Below, in pieces: positions 63,846-64,000 of a stretch of 64,000 nucleotides of DNA (the first letter of the stretch is position 1; the number at the start of each line of letters is the position of its first letter). The translations under genes were made by a program, and so were the position numbers. Where the stretch lies: positions 2,872,430 to 2,936,429 of the forward strand of contig OZ316893.1 of the NCBI GenBank assembly GCA_973895155.1. Reading direction: 5' to 3'. The notes under the pieces are model-generated. The model had not been told where the DNA came from, did no database searches, and saw only the letters and a list, made by a program, of their open reading frames with translations. This DNA comes from Marsupella aquatica (Eukaryota > Plantae > Marchantiophyta).

Positions 63846-63984
63846 TCACAGTAGGCCCTTATCCTTCATGGAAGCAAGGGCATCGTCGAACATCTCTTCC
63901 AAGGATTTGTATTTCTCCAGTCCCAAGTTCTTCAATTTCGATGTGTCAAAAGTATAATGCGGCATGCTTTTTTGCCCTTCAAAA
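63846..63984 (-). CDS. Last exon of an NAD(P)-dependent DFR/CCR-superfamily reductase, TKPR-like (gene continues beyond the window)
   Basis: After the acceptor TTTGCAG it reads FEGQKSMPHYTFDTSKLKNLGLEKYKSLEEMFDDALASMKDKGLL*. FDTSK..LG...KSLEEMFDD resembles the C-terminus of tetraketide alpha-pyrone reductases. Confidence 0.8.
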
Positions 63985-64000
63985 CTGCAAATGCAAATGT

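Noticed and set aside
1-64000. tRNA/rRNA genes and prokaryotic operons
   Set aside because: No cloverleaf/T-loop or rRNA signatures were seen by eye; tRNAscan-SE and Infernal would be needed to exclude them formally.

Overview
Eukaryotic land-plant genomic DNA. It is probably from a bryophyte or other seed-free plant, inferred from GT-AG introns, GA/CT-rich 5' UTRs, a CRE-type retroelement and a GH76 gene. Host genes read from the sequence: an intronless HIR/SPFH gene (1.4-2.3 kb), an 8-exon LIP1/LIP2-type lipase with a long S/P/T-rich insert and altered motifs (4.7-8.0 kb, minus), an orphan small secreted protein (10.9-11.2 kb, minus), NTF2 (15.4-16.1 kb), two paralogous 2-exon secreted cysteine-rich peptide genes that the ORF track does not assemble (22.9-23.4 kb and 39.2-40.0 kb), a spliced secreted GH76 glycoside hydrolase (52.6-56.0 kb), an intronless DUF676 hydrolase (58.2-59.7 kb, minus) and the last exon of a TKPR/DFR/CCR-like reductase (63.8-64.0 kb, minus). 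The 25-52 kb middle is a transposon nest. It holds a complete Ty1/Copia element with TSD, PBS and PPT and an in-frame stop between gag and pol, related solo LTRs, a long-TIR element, Helitron-like ends carrying a ~36-bp satellite, and a CRE-clade non-LTR retrotransposon interrupted by a solo LTR and by a MITE family with 8-bp TSDs. The most notable observations are the Cys-rich peptide pair, the GH76 (horizontal-transfer candidate), the remodelled lipase, a composite inverted duplication of a promoter-like region, and the clustering of secreted or defence-type genes. All coordinates and alignments were read by eye; no database searches were run.
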